Shown here: in pieces, positions 1 through 8,570 of the stretch
Position numbering within the stretch: the stretch's first letter is position 1
How the letters are laid out: each line of letters opens with the position of its first letter
From: Candidatus Ryanbacteria bacterium RIFCSPLOWO2_12_FULL_44_26
GTDB taxonomy: Bacteria > Patescibacteriota > Minisyncoccia > Ryanbacterales > HO2-45-13
DNA length: 53,555 bases
Direction: 5' to 3'
Assembly: GCA_001821765.1 (NCBI GenBank)
Contig: MHOA01000003.1
Coordinates: 1 to 53,555 of the forward strand
Notes under the pieces: generated by a model
Told to the model about the DNA's origin: nothing
The model's database searches: none
What the model saw: only the letters and a program-made list of their open reading frames with translations
Program-made: the position numbers and the translations under genes

Positions 1-475
1 TATTGGAGAAAATAATTCGTGCATCAGCCGGCACTTTTTCTCCTTCCTGCAATACGATAACATCCCCGGGCATTACCACGGTATCTGGAACTATAAATTC
101 TTTTCCATCTCGCAATACAGTTGCCGAAGTTTCTGCAAACTTTTTTAAAGCAAGGAGGGTGTTTTGCGCTTTGCCTTCCTGAATTGTGCCCACAATCGCA
201 TTAAAAAGAAGCACCGCAAAGATAATCGAAGCATCAATAACTTCTCCCATCGCAAAAACAATACCTGCCGCGGCAAAGAGAGTATAAATTAGTGGACTTT
301 TAAATTGCCGCAAAAAAATAATGAGTAAACCATCCACCTTCCCTTCGGGAAGTTTATTGAGTCCATATTTTTGAAACCGCTCAATCGCTTCTTTTTTTGT
401 TAGGCCGTGCTCACGCGAACCGAGCGCACCAAGAACCTCGGGGGCTGTTTTTGTATGCCATAAAATTTGTTGCAT
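1..475 (-). CDS. P-type cation-transporting ATPase, N-terminal part (gene continues past the left window edge)
   Basis: Absent from the ORF track because it is open to the edge. Reverse translation from the ATG at 475-473 gives MQQILWHTKTAPEVLGALGSREHGLTKKEAIERFQKYGLNKLPEGKVDGLLIIFLRQFKSPLIYTLFAAAGIVFAMGEVIDASIIFAVLLFNAIVGTIQEGKAQNTLLALKKFAETSATVLRDGKEFIVPDTVVMPGDVIVLQEGEKVPADARIIFSN. This is a typical Cation_ATPase_N opening, followed by TM1/TM2 and the start of the actuator domain. Confidence 0.8.
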   Translation of the reverse strand, partial: MQQILWHTKTAPEVLGALGSREHGLTKKEAIERFQKYGLNKLPEGKVDGLLIIFLRQFKSPLIYTLFAAAGIVFAMGEVIDASIIFAVLLFNAIVGTIQEGKAQNTLLALKKFAETSATVLRDGKEFIVPDTVVMPGDVIVLQEGEKVPADARIIFSN

Positions 476-488
476 TATTGCTATAGGA

Positions 489-692
489 TTATTTGATCAA
501 GTCCTCAATTGCGACATTAAGGGCTTTCGCGATTTTGCTCACAACGAAAACAGATGGCTTTTTAATAACACTTGTTTCAATCTTGGTAAGTGTTGTATAA
601 GCCACATCTGCCTTACGAGCAAAATCGTCTTGGGAAAGTCCTATTTTTTGTCGCAATTTCCTTATTCTTTGTCCTAATTGATTACTTTCCAT
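489..692 (-). CDS. XRE-family helix-turn-helix transcriptional regulator (67 aa)
   Basis: LRQKIGLSQDDFARKADVAYTTLTKIE matches the Cro/C1 HTH_3 pattern. It has an ATG start and ends 14 nt before the ATPase start. It is a paralogue of 30002-30208. Confidence 0.85.
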   Translation of the reverse strand: MESNQLGQRIRKLRQKIGLSQDDFARKADVAYTTLTKIETSVIKKPSVFVVSKIAKALNVAIEDLIK

Positions 693-1191
693 ATATTGAT
701 AACATATAACTGTTGCTTATTTCCGGACGCAGTATTATACTAACAGATATGAGGGCTTTTTCAATTTTATCGTTACAAATAATCCCGCCCGAATTTCGCC
801 AAAAGAAATCAGCGGAGCAAGAGGGGGATTCCTTCCCAAACCCCTCCCCCTCCACTTGCGACTTCCGAATTCAAAAAAGAGTAGCCGAGTGTTTTGCGAA
901 ATCCTTTCCCCAAAAAATAGTTTTCGCAAAACCGAGTCCGCATTAGTCCCGCCGAGGTTTTGCGAGGCGGTGGCGGGACGGTTCATTCGTTCAGTTTCCG
1001 CTCAAAAAAATTCGCGCGAAGTGTATAATTACAGCACCAGAATTAATTTTGCTTGTCCTGAGCGACTTGTGGTGAGCAAAGTTGAACCAAGTCGAAGGGT
1101 TGGAATTGACTGCTCCGAGCGGGCGAAAGGAGGTTAGATAGAGAAATGCCGTACCACCCTCACTTTTATTTTTTTAAAAAAACAATGGCAG

Positions 1192-2046
1192 TTACTCCCC
1201 TACAGAAGGAAGGTGGTGTCTGCGGTTAAACGCATCAATGACATCAATATCAGTATTGCCTTCTTCCGCTTCGCCAACCCTTGTCGCGACTAACCTGCCT
1301 TTTTTTCGTTCAAGATTGATGAATTCACCCGGATGTAACCCGCTCTTTTCGCCTCCGGAGAAAACATTAGCGATAAATCCAGTTAAAGCGTCGTGAGTAA
1401 CAATAATAACCCGATAAGATTTATCATCAAGTTTCTTTAATCGCGAAAGGGGTTTCATTATTCTTTTTGTGACGTCAATAAATTTCTCAAATCCTTCAAT
1501 TTCCCGAACATAATCCTCTGGTAACTGGGCTTTGGCTTGCGGCGTGATGTCTTTTATGCCGTCCTCCGCAAAATACTCCGGATAGCCAAGATTATTCGGG
1601 TTTGTTAAGTTTTTATCCACAAAAAACTTCTTTCCGCCAGACGCAACCTCGCCGCCGGTTATCAACGGATAAAACAGATTCCATGAAAAATTTCTGACTT
1701 CCGATAATTGTTCAAAAACCTTTATCCCTGTGTCCTGCGCGCCCCCCTTTTTTCTTAGACGAATGCCTTTTTGCTCCAAAGTTTCTGTAATAACCTTTGC
1801 CGCGTGCAGGGTTCGTCCCATCGGAGACGACCAAATTTCCACCTCCTCGTCTGGCCGAATGAGATCAGCCAGTGCTTCAGCGCTCACCCTCACCTCCTCA
1901 ATTCCTTCCTCGGTTAAATCTTCCGCCTGTTCTATCGGCACTGCTCCTTGTTCATATTTTGCTTTTCCATGCCTAAAAATGTCAACGCGCAGCGAAGGTT
2001 CTTTTTCCGGATTTTCCGATGAAAAATTTTTGTCTATTTTTTCCAT
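1192..2046 (-). CDS. histidine phosphatase superfamily (phosphoglycerate-mutase-like) protein
   Basis: N-terminal RVDIFRHGKAKYE carries the RHG catalytic motif, and a distal IIVTHDALTGF supplies the second His. ATG start. Confidence 0.7.
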   Translation of the reverse strand: MEKIDKNFSSENPEKEPSLRVDIFRHGKAKYEQGAVPIEQAEDLTEEGIEEVRVSAEALADLIRPDEEVEIWSSPMGRTLHAAKVITETLEQKGIRLRKKGGAQDTGIKVFEQLSEVRNFSWNLFYPLITGGEVASGGKKFFVDKNLTNPNNLGYPEYFAEDGIKDITPQAKAQLPEDYVREIEGFEKFIDVTKRIMKPLSRLKKLDDKSYRVIIVTHDALTGFIANVFSGGEKSGLHPGEFINLERKKGRLVATRVGEAEEGNTDIDVIDAFNRRHHLPSVGE

Positions 2047-3119
2047 ACAAATTGATGACCTCGCAAAATTTCCAAGATATTATCAAAAAATCTCTTTCCG
2101 ATTTCCATGTTCAGGTCGGGATAAAATCGCGGGGATATATAAATAATACCCATAAGACCGAGCACTAAACTCACTGTCTGACGAATTTCCTTGTCTCCGG
2201 ATTTTTCAACATACATGTCCAAAAATTTTTCGCCAAGCTCCTTAAAATATTCATTTTGCGTTTCATGATAAAACCATAGATACTGCGAAAGCCACCATCC
2301 GATATCAACTCCCCGGTCACCCCATGGGATACGCGAGTAATCAATAACCCATATGGAGCCGTCTTTTTTAAAAAAGAGATTTGCGCCCCAAAAATCTCCG
2401 TGGAGCGCAACCAATCTGTCACAACGGTCTTTCCACTTATGAATCAGATTTAACATCAGGCCAACATAATTTCCGTGTTCACCAGCAGGCAACAGTTGAT
2501 GGGTATCGGAGAAATCGTGTAATAGCATGACCGTCAGTTCCGGACTGGTAAGAACACTCCTTAAACCATCGTTATAAACGGACTTGAGTCGTTCAAGGTC
2601 TTGAGAAGCATGTTTTACCTGATGAATTGCAATGATATAATCGGTAATTTTTTCCAGCTCGGCCAAATCCTTTTCATCAACTTTTGCCTTCCGCTTCTTT
2701 TCCTGAAGTAATGACCAGTAACTAACGCTGTCAGATTGAAATTCCTGAACGTGATAAATCGCTGTCTCTTCATTCACCTCCGGGATGATACCCGCTTCGT
2801 CTTTGTTTTCTAAAATTACTCCAACAGATTGCGGCTGGAAACCAGAACGCCGATACATGCCGTTACTAATGAGTAATGACATCACTTTTCGTTCAGGAAT
2901 CTCAAAACCGAGATCGTGCGACTTTATACGCTTCAAAAAGAAACTATGGCCGTCCTTTGCTGTCAGTTTAAAACCGTCCGAATGGTAGCCGCTCCCGATT
3001 TTTTCAATACCAACAAGCTCAACTGTCCTGTCGAGTTTTTGTGATATAAGAGAGGAGATTTTTTGTAAATCAATGTTGTACACAGTCGCATTATACAACA
3101 AGAGTTGAGGAGCCGCCAT
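2034..3119 (-). CDS. aminoglycoside/choline-kinase-like phosphotransferase family protein
   Basis: LHGDFWGANLFFKKDGSIWVIDYSRIPWGDRGVDIGW matches the HxDxxxxN...D kinase-like motif. Its 3' end overlaps the downstream phosphatase by 13 nt, which suggests coupling. Confidence 0.7.
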   Translation of the reverse strand: MAAPQLLLYNATVYNIDLQKISSLISQKLDRTVELVGIEKIGSGYHSDGFKLTAKDGHSFFLKRIKSHDLGFEIPERKVMSLLISNGMYRRSGFQPQSVGVILENKDEAGIIPEVNEETAIYHVQEFQSDSVSYWSLLQEKKRKAKVDEKDLAELEKITDYIIAIHQVKHASQDLERLKSVYNDGLRSVLTSPELTVMLLHDFSDTHQLLPAGEHGNYVGLMLNLIHKWKDRCDRLVALHGDFWGANLFFKKDGSIWVIDYSRIPWGDRGVDIGWWLSQYLWFYHETQNEYFKELGEKFLDMYVEKSGDKEIRQTVSLVLGLMGIIYISPRFYPDLNMEIGKRFFDNILEILRGHQFVWKK

Positions 3120-3263
3120 CGTTTTTTGAAAAAATCGGCGGGAGGATAGCGCCGTTATGCCATCTCTCGCCGTAAGGGAAAACTATGAAACAGCGTTTTG
3201 TAATGTATTACCCCCTAGCATGCTGCGCGGAACTGCATAGAGATATGCTGGATTCAAATCTCA

Positions 3264-3298
3264 ACAATAAAAGTACAACCTTCCGAAGAAGGTTGTAC
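3264..3298 (-). terminator. rho-independent terminator after the small membrane protein gene
   Basis: On the minus strand, GTACAACCTTC-ttcg-GAAGGTTGTAC forms an 11-bp perfect stem (3273-3298), followed by TTTTATTGTT. Confidence 0.75.
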
Positions 3299-3354
3299 AT
3301 GTTGGGATCTCTTTATTTGGAGACTAAACTGAAATAGAGATTTACTTGAATTGT

Positions 3355-3555
3355 CTATTCGGTGATGTCATTGCCGGGCGCAATACGCGACCAGGGAGTG
3401 ATCAGTGTCCACGAAACGCCAGCAGCCCACGCGACCACGCATGCAACCCCCGGATGTAAACCGACCCCTATACTGGCATACTGGATAGCCAGCCACCCCG
3501 CCATTATAGCCGAAACCTGCAATAAGACGGCAACGATAATGAAAACGACATACAT
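3355..3555 (-). CDS. small (66 aa) two-helix hydrophobic protein, unknown function
   Basis: MYVVFIIVAVLLQVSAIMAGWLAIQYASIGVGLHPGVACVVAWAAGVSWTLITPW.... The ATG at 3555 lies 6 nt after AAGGAG, whereas the track start at 3573 is TTG. The gene sits between a consensus promoter and a strong terminator. Confidence 0.7.
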   Translation of the reverse strand: MYVVFIIVAVLLQVSAIMAGWLAIQYASIGVGLHPGVACVVAWAAGVSWTLITPWSRIAPGNDITE

Positions 3556-3639
3556 GACTTTCTCCTTTCGCAAAGACAGTGAAAACGTAAGTGCTCCATA
3601 GGATAGAACACTCGTCTATCCTAAATTATTCTGTGGAAC

Positions 3640-3668
3640 ATTATACATAAAATCATATAACTTGTCAA
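3640..3668 (-). promoter_or_regulatory. consensus sigma70-type promoter (TTGACA-17 nt-TATAAT)
   Basis: The minus strand reads TTGACAagttatatgattttatgTATAAT, with the -35 at 3668-3663 and the -10 at 3645-3640. The ~85-nt leader contains the hairpin AGGATAG-n9-CTATCCT. Confidence 0.75.
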
Positions 3669-3931
3669 TAGCTGTAGGTCTCGTCCACGCACATATTCAG
3701 CACTGGCGTAATGCACGGAGCAGGTATGAATACATGCGCACCATGTTAAACGAATATGAAAAAGCAGTGGGCTTGACCTCCATGCTGAATAAGGCCTCAC
3801 TATACAAGCAGCAGCTCATCTGTCAAGCAATCACCCGGATACGGTGTCCTCCCGAAACGTCATAAAAAACGAGCATCCATAGTCTATTTGCTTGTTTAGA
3901 CTATATGTTGCTTTCCTGCTACGGTGTAAGG

Positions 3932-4006
3932 CGCAGCCGATGGGATTTGAACCCACGATCTCCTCCGTGACAGGGAGGCGCTTTAAACCAGCTAAGCTAC
4001 GGCTGC
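3932..4006 (-). tRNA. tRNA-Asp (anticodon GUC), CCA not encoded
   Basis: Hand-folded cloverleaf: acceptor GCAGCCG/CGGCTGC, D stem GCTT/AAGC, anticodon stem CCTCC/GGAGG with loop CTGTCAC, and T arm GTGGG-TTCAAAT-CCCAT. Confidence 0.9.
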
Positions 4007-4044
4007 AAGAGCATTTTATTGTACAACAGAAAAAAGTCTTTTGT

Positions 4045-5460
4045 CTATCCGTCCCTCAAGATTTCGTATTTTTTTCCAAGCTCAAATATTGTTTCCTCAT
4101 CAAAGGATCTTCCTATAATCTGCAACCCAACCGGAAGTCCATCAACAAAGCCGCACGGAACCGACATTGCCGGAAGTCCCGCAAGGTTGACTGGGCAAGT
4201 ATACACGTCCTGCAAATACATAGTGAGGGGGTCTTTCGTTTTCTCGCCGATCTTAAATGCCACTTGAGGAGTCGTCAGCGAAAGAATCACATCAACTTCC
4301 TCAAATGCTTTTTCAAAATCCTGCCTTACAAGCGTTCTCACTTTTTGCGCCTGCAAGTAATAGGCGTCATAGTACCCGCTGGACAATACATACGCTCCTA
4401 TCATCGTTCTTCTTCTCGCCTCACTTCCCAACCCATAAGAGCGCGACTGTACATACGTTTCAAAAAGGGTCCCGGCTTCTTTTGTAAATCCGTACCGTAT
4501 GCCGTCATAGCGAGATAGATTCGCAGAAACCTCCGCCGGCACGATGATGTAGTAGCACGAAAGGGCGTAATCGGTGTGAGGAAGAGAAATGTTTTTCATT
4601 GTAACTCCAGAATTGCTGATCAGAGCCAAAGCGTCTTCAATGACCTTTCTTTCTCCGCTTCCGATGCCTCCCCCAAAATATTCCTTTGGTATTCCGATAA
4701 CGAGGCCGCCGGTTTTCTTTCTTTTCTTTGTTTCTACGGAAGTGGAATCCTGTGCATCTTTTCCTCTAATAGCATAAAACAGCAACTCTGTATCGCCAAC
4801 AGTATTTGCAATGGGTCCTACCTGATCAAGCGAAGAAGCCATTGCAATAAGGCCGCTGCGGGAAACCGCTCCATATGTCGGCTTTAACCCTACAACTCCG
4901 CAAAACGCAGCCGGCTGTCTAATGGATCCTCCCGTATCAGAACCCAGCGCCGCGAGGCACTCGCCCGCAGCCACTGCGGCCGTTGAACCGCCGGAAGAAC
5001 CACCGGGCACTCTCGTCTCATCATAAGGGTTTCTGGTCGGACCAAAAGCAGAATTCTCACAGGACGATCCCATCGCAAATTCATCCATATTTGTTTTCCC
5101 GAGAAAAATACTGCCGGCGCTTTTAAGAAGCCTGATAACATGCGCATCGTACGAAGCAGAGTAATTTGCGAGTATGCGGGATGCGGCCGTCGTGCGGGTT
5201 CCTTCAATGAGAATATTATCCTTCACAGCGATCGGTATGCCCTCCAGCATTCCCAACCCTCCATCCCTTACAATTTTTTCATCAACTCGTTTTGCGTGCT
5301 GGATAGATGCGTCGTCAAAAACCTCCAAGAAAGCGTGGATCCGGCCATCGCGCTCACTGATTACGTCTAAGTAATGCCTTGTAAGCTCTTCACAGGAGAT
5401 TTCTTTCTTGATAAGCGCTGAATGTGCTTTTTCAATTGTTTTTGGGAAAGCGTCGCTCAT
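4045..5460 (-). CDS. gatA: Asp/Glu-tRNA(Asn/Gln) amidotransferase subunit A
   Basis: It carries the amidase signature GGSSGGSTAAVAAG and is 471 aa long. It overlaps gatC by 4 nt. Confidence 0.92.
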   Translation of the reverse strand: MSDAFPKTIEKAHSALIKKEISCEELTRHYLDVISERDGRIHAFLEVFDDASIQHAKRVDEKIVRDGGLGMLEGIPIAVKDNILIEGTRTTAASRILANYSASYDAHVIRLLKSAGSIFLGKTNMDEFAMGSSCENSAFGPTRNPYDETRVPGGSSGGSTAAVAAGECLAALGSDTGGSIRQPAAFCGVVGLKPTYGAVSRSGLIAMASSLDQVGPIANTVGDTELLFYAIRGKDAQDSTSVETKKRKKTGGLVIGIPKEYFGGGIGSGERKVIEDALALISNSGVTMKNISLPHTDYALSCYYIIVPAEVSANLSRYDGIRYGFTKEAGTLFETYVQSRSYGLGSEARRRTMIGAYVLSSGYYDAYYLQAQKVRTLVRQDFEKAFEEVDVILSLTTPQVAFKIGEKTKDPLTMYLQDVYTCPVNLAGLPAMSVPCGFVDGLPVGLQIIGRSFDEETIFELGKKYEILRDG

Positions 5461-5750
5461 CTTTCAAAAACTCTGCTTACTTTAAGATATCCGTCCTTCG
5501 CGTCAGGAAAAGAGTTCGTTAACTGCTGAACAGTTTTCCCGGACGGCTCTTTGCATGCGTCTTCTCTCATTATATTAAACAGCGGCTCTGCATGCGTCAT
5601 AGGCAACACACCTTCCACATGTATGCTGCGCAACTCGCTTACATAGTCAATGATTGCGGTGAGGTCTTTTTGAAACTCCTCAACTTCTCTATCAGAAAGC
5701 TCAAGACGAGTAAGTATCGCAAGATGTTTTATTTCATCCTTTGAAATCAT
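5457..5750 (-). CDS. gatC: Asp/Glu-tRNA(Asn/Gln) amidotransferase subunit C
   Basis: A 97-aa ORF starting MISKDEIKHLAILTRLELSDREVEEFQKDL, which is a typical GatC N-terminus, located immediately upstream of gatA. Confidence 0.88.
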   Translation of the reverse strand: MISKDEIKHLAILTRLELSDREVEEFQKDLTAIIDYVSELRSIHVEGVLPMTHAEPLFNIMREDACKEPSGKTVQQLTNSFPDAKDGYLKVSRVFER

Positions 5751-5760
5751 AAAGATACAA

Positions 5761-5788
5761 ATTATATTACTATACCATGACTATACAA
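5761..5788 (-). promoter_or_regulatory. candidate promoter for gatCA (TTGTAT-16 nt-TATAAT)
   Basis: The minus strand reads TTGTATagtcatggtatagtaaTATAAT. The -10 ends only 10 nt before the gatC ATG, so the leader would be very short or absent. Confidence 0.45.
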
Positions 5789-5833
5789 ACTTTGCGTGAT
5801 GTATGCAATCATTTCGTCTTCATGCATTCGTAT

Positions 5834-7855
5834 TTACTTTGCCATCTTTAAAAACTCCTTTTCATCCATAATGGAAACGCCGAATTTTTTTGCCTGTTCA
5901 TGCTTTAAACCGGGGCTGTCTCCAACAACCACATAATCGGTCCTTGCCGAAACACTCTCCGAGGCCGTGCCTCCGAGGCTGCGCACGAGAGCTTTCGCTT
6001 CATCTCTGGTTATTGTTTTAAGCTCGCCGGTGAAAACGAATATTTTCCCTTTCAGTTTCGTCCCTGTTTTCCCTTTTTCGCTCACTACTGTAACACCCGC
6101 ATGCTTCAGCTTTCTCATCAGTGCGGCACTGTGCTCGTCGCGAAAAAATGCATGAATGCTCTTCGCCACAATCTCCCCGATATTCGGTACTGCTGTCAAT
6201 TCATCAAGTGATGCTTTTTTCAGCGCTTCTGTTGTTCTAAACCGGTGCGCAAGATCAATGGCGGTTTCCTCGCCAACATGCAAAATACCGAGCGCCATGA
6301 TAAAACGCGCAAGAGGAATCCGCCGCGATGCATCAATGGCCTCCCGCAGGTTAGAAGCGGACTTTTCTCCAAAACGCTCAAGCGGTACAAGATCTCCTTC
6401 CTTCAATGAAAAGAGGTCCGCGGCATCCTGTATAAGACCTTCGTCAAGAAGGGCGTTTATGGTTTTAGGACCAAGCCCGTCAATGTCAAACGCCTTTTTT
6501 GAAACGAAGTGATACAGCGCTTCCCTGTGACGCGCTGGACATTCTTTGTTCATGCATCGTATCAGCACTCCGCCGGAACCTTTCTTTAAAGATTGCCCGC
6601 ACACCGGGCACAGTGTTGGCATATGAAACGGCTTTTCCTTTCCGGTGCGAAGCTCTTTCACCACTTCCCGAACGTCCGGTATAACATCTCCAGCCCGGCC
6701 GACAATGACCGTATCTCCAATGTTCACGCCAAGCCGCCCGATTTCATCCATATTGTGAAGCGTTGCCCGGCTTACAGTAACACCGCTGATACGCACTGGT
6801 CTAAGCACCGCAACCGGCGTCACAGCGCCGGTGCGTCCTATCTGTACAATAATATTTTCCACAATGGTCGTTGCTTCCTCCGGAGCGAACTTTAAGGCAA
6901 CAGCGCCTCTGGGCGCCTTACCGACAACGCCAAGTTTTTTATAAAGCTCACTGTCATTGACGGAAATAACAAGACCGTCAATGTCAAAGGCAAGGCTTTT
7001 TCGTTTATGAGCAACCTCCCGATAAAAGTCCGCAACGTCGTCCTTCGTTGCTGCCATCCGGGCGAGCTCGTCTGTTTTGAAACCCAAATCTTTCAGTAAA
7101 TCGTGTTCCTCGCCGTGTAATCGCTGTCCGAGATCCGTAAGCAGAGCATACGCGAAAAACGAGAGCTCCCGCGAAGCAGCTATCGCGGGATCCAATTGTC
7201 TTATAGACCCTGCGGCGAGATTGCGGGCATTGGCGTATAACTTCTCGCCCTTCTTCTTCTGCACTTTATTTAGTTTCTTAAAAGCTTTTTTTGTCATTAC
7301 CACCTCTCCGCGCACCTCAACAGTCCCTCCGAGCAGTTTGTCATACTTTTTATTTCCATGAAACTCCAGTTTCAGCGGGATTGACTCAATGGTTCTGATG
7401 TTTTGTGTGACATCCTCCCCGATTTTTCCATCCCCCCTCGTGGCCCCTCTGACAAGCGTTCCTTGCTCATACAAAAGTGAAATGGCAATGCCGTCAAACT
7501 TAAGCTCTCCAAAATACAGGACGCGCTTTTGGCCCAACAGTTTTGCTATGCGCTTTTCCCACTCGGCAAACTCGTCAATGGAAAAAACATCCTCCAGCGA
7601 AAGCATGGGGGATACATGCGTTACTTTTTTAAATTTATCCAGCGCCTTGCCGCTTACGCGCTGGGTCGGCGAATCCGGTGTTATAAATTCGGGAAATTGC
7701 TGCTCTAACTGCTTTAGTTCGTGTTTCAGCGAATCATGAGCGGCATCTGATATTTCGGGACTGTCCAGCACATGGTAACGATACCGGTGGTGATTAATCA
7801 CCTCTCGCAACTTTTCAATGCGCTTTTTTGCCTGCGACTTGATATGCTGTTTCAT
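5834..7855 (-). CDS. ligA: NAD-dependent DNA ligase
   Basis: It has the adenylation motif ELKFDGIAISL (KxDG), a four-Cys zinc finger (CPVCGQSL...CMNKECPA), HhH repeats and a C-terminal BRCT domain. The track start at 7873 is GTG, and I prefer the ATG at 7855 (MKQHIKSQAKKRIEKL...). Confidence 0.92.
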   Translation of the reverse strand: MKQHIKSQAKKRIEKLREVINHHRYRYHVLDSPEISDAAHDSLKHELKQLEQQFPEFITPDSPTQRVSGKALDKFKKVTHVSPMLSLEDVFSIDEFAEWEKRIAKLLGQKRVLYFGELKFDGIAISLLYEQGTLVRGATRGDGKIGEDVTQNIRTIESIPLKLEFHGNKKYDKLLGGTVEVRGEVVMTKKAFKKLNKVQKKKGEKLYANARNLAAGSIRQLDPAIAASRELSFFAYALLTDLGQRLHGEEHDLLKDLGFKTDELARMAATKDDVADFYREVAHKRKSLAFDIDGLVISVNDSELYKKLGVVGKAPRGAVALKFAPEEATTIVENIIVQIGRTGAVTPVAVLRPVRISGVTVSRATLHNMDEIGRLGVNIGDTVIVGRAGDVIPDVREVVKELRTGKEKPFHMPTLCPVCGQSLKKGSGGVLIRCMNKECPARHREALYHFVSKKAFDIDGLGPKTINALLDEGLIQDAADLFSLKEGDLVPLERFGEKSASNLREAIDASRRIPLARFIMALGILHVGEETAIDLAHRFRTTEALKKASLDELTAVPNIGEIVAKSIHAFFRDEHSAALMRKLKHAGVTVVSEKGKTGTKLKGKIFVFTGELKTITRDEAKALVRSLGGTASESVSARTDYVVVGDSPGLKHEQAKKFGVSIMDEKEFLKMAK

Positions 7856-7951
7856 AAAATAGCGATGCTCCACTGCGTACCAGGGAACACAAAAACAGAG
7901 ATAGGATTGGCGGAAAAACTTCTTGCCTAGCCACCACCATCATCATCACCC

Positions 7952-8557
7952 CTACCATCCCGAGCCGGGGAGTATACCGGTTGTCAGAACAAAGACAGAT
8001 TTGCTGAAACGGCCGCTTTCGGTTTCAAGCTGAATTTCAAACTCTCCCCCTTCAGCTTTGCCCTTACCACTACCGCATGGTCCGGAGACCGTTATCGTCG
8101 GGAGAGGCCGAATATAGACAATATCAAGACGCCTGCACGATCGTGAGTGTTCTTTATCTCTGATATCTTTTATTCTCACCAAGGCGGGCAATTCATAAAT
8201 AATACTTGCTGAATCGGTATCTTCCCCGGAACTTAATTCTCCGTCACCATCCAAATCGGGAAATAATACGACGGATCTGCTTCTTTTATCCATGTGAACG
8301 CCGTAGCCGGGAAACGCGCCCGACTCCGTTTGGTACACCGCAAGCGCTCTGGTTTCCGCTCCGCTATATAGCAATGAAATTTCTTCAGCAGTCTGCTCCA
8401 GTGTTTTCAGCTCCTTTGATTTGCGAAGGCTTGGGACCGTAACCAGCGAAATAACGACAATAATGGAAATGACCACCAGCAGTTCTATAATGCTGAATCC
8501 AAAAACAAAAAATTTTTTTTCCAAAATCTGTTTTGATTGTTGTTTAAAAAACCCCAT
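7952..8557 (-). CDS. type IV pilin-like / pseudopilin protein (202 aa)
   Basis: It has the prepilin motif FG|FSIIELLVV with Glu at +5. It is a paralogue of the first ~190 aa of the upstream 1240-aa protein. The start is set at the ATG at 8557 (MGFFKQQ...), because the longer track ORF would overlap the upstream gene's 3' end. Confidence 0.8.
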   Translation of the reverse strand: MGFFKQQSKQILEKKFFVFGFSIIELLVVISIIVVISLVTVPSLRKSKELKTLEQTAEEISLLYSGAETRALAVYQTESGAFPGYGVHMDKRSRSVVLFPDLDGDGELSSGEDTDSASIIYELPALVRIKDIRDKEHSRSCRRLDIVYIRPLPTITVSGPCGSGKGKAEGGEFEIQLETESGRFSKSVFVLTTGILPGSGW

Positions 8558-8570
8558 AAAACGTTGCGAT

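Noticed and set aside
3120-3263. A possible attenuator or riboswitch in the leader of the kinase-like gene (CGGCG-n9-CGCCG followed by T6 just before the ATG at 3119).
   Set aside because: The stem is only 5 bp, and the U-run abuts the start codon and leaves no room for an SD. I saw no alternative antiterminator pairing or known riboswitch core. The evidence is too weak to report as a finding.
3662-3865. A 67-aa + strand ORF (TTG start) in the spacer between the small membrane gene and tRNA-Asp.
   Set aside because: It starts inside the consensus minus-strand promoter's -35 box. It has no SD, a non-ATG start and no recognisable motif. The region is better explained as promoter and leader plus spacer.
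3892-4518. A 208-aa + strand ORF overlapping tRNA-Asp and the 3' half of gatA.
   Set aside because: It is antisense to a confidently identified gene and a tRNA, and its sequence is low-complexity and basic. It is a typical shadow ORF. The same reasoning applies to the many other antisense track ORFs inside ligA, pilB, pilT, typA, recG, ftsH, topA and copB.
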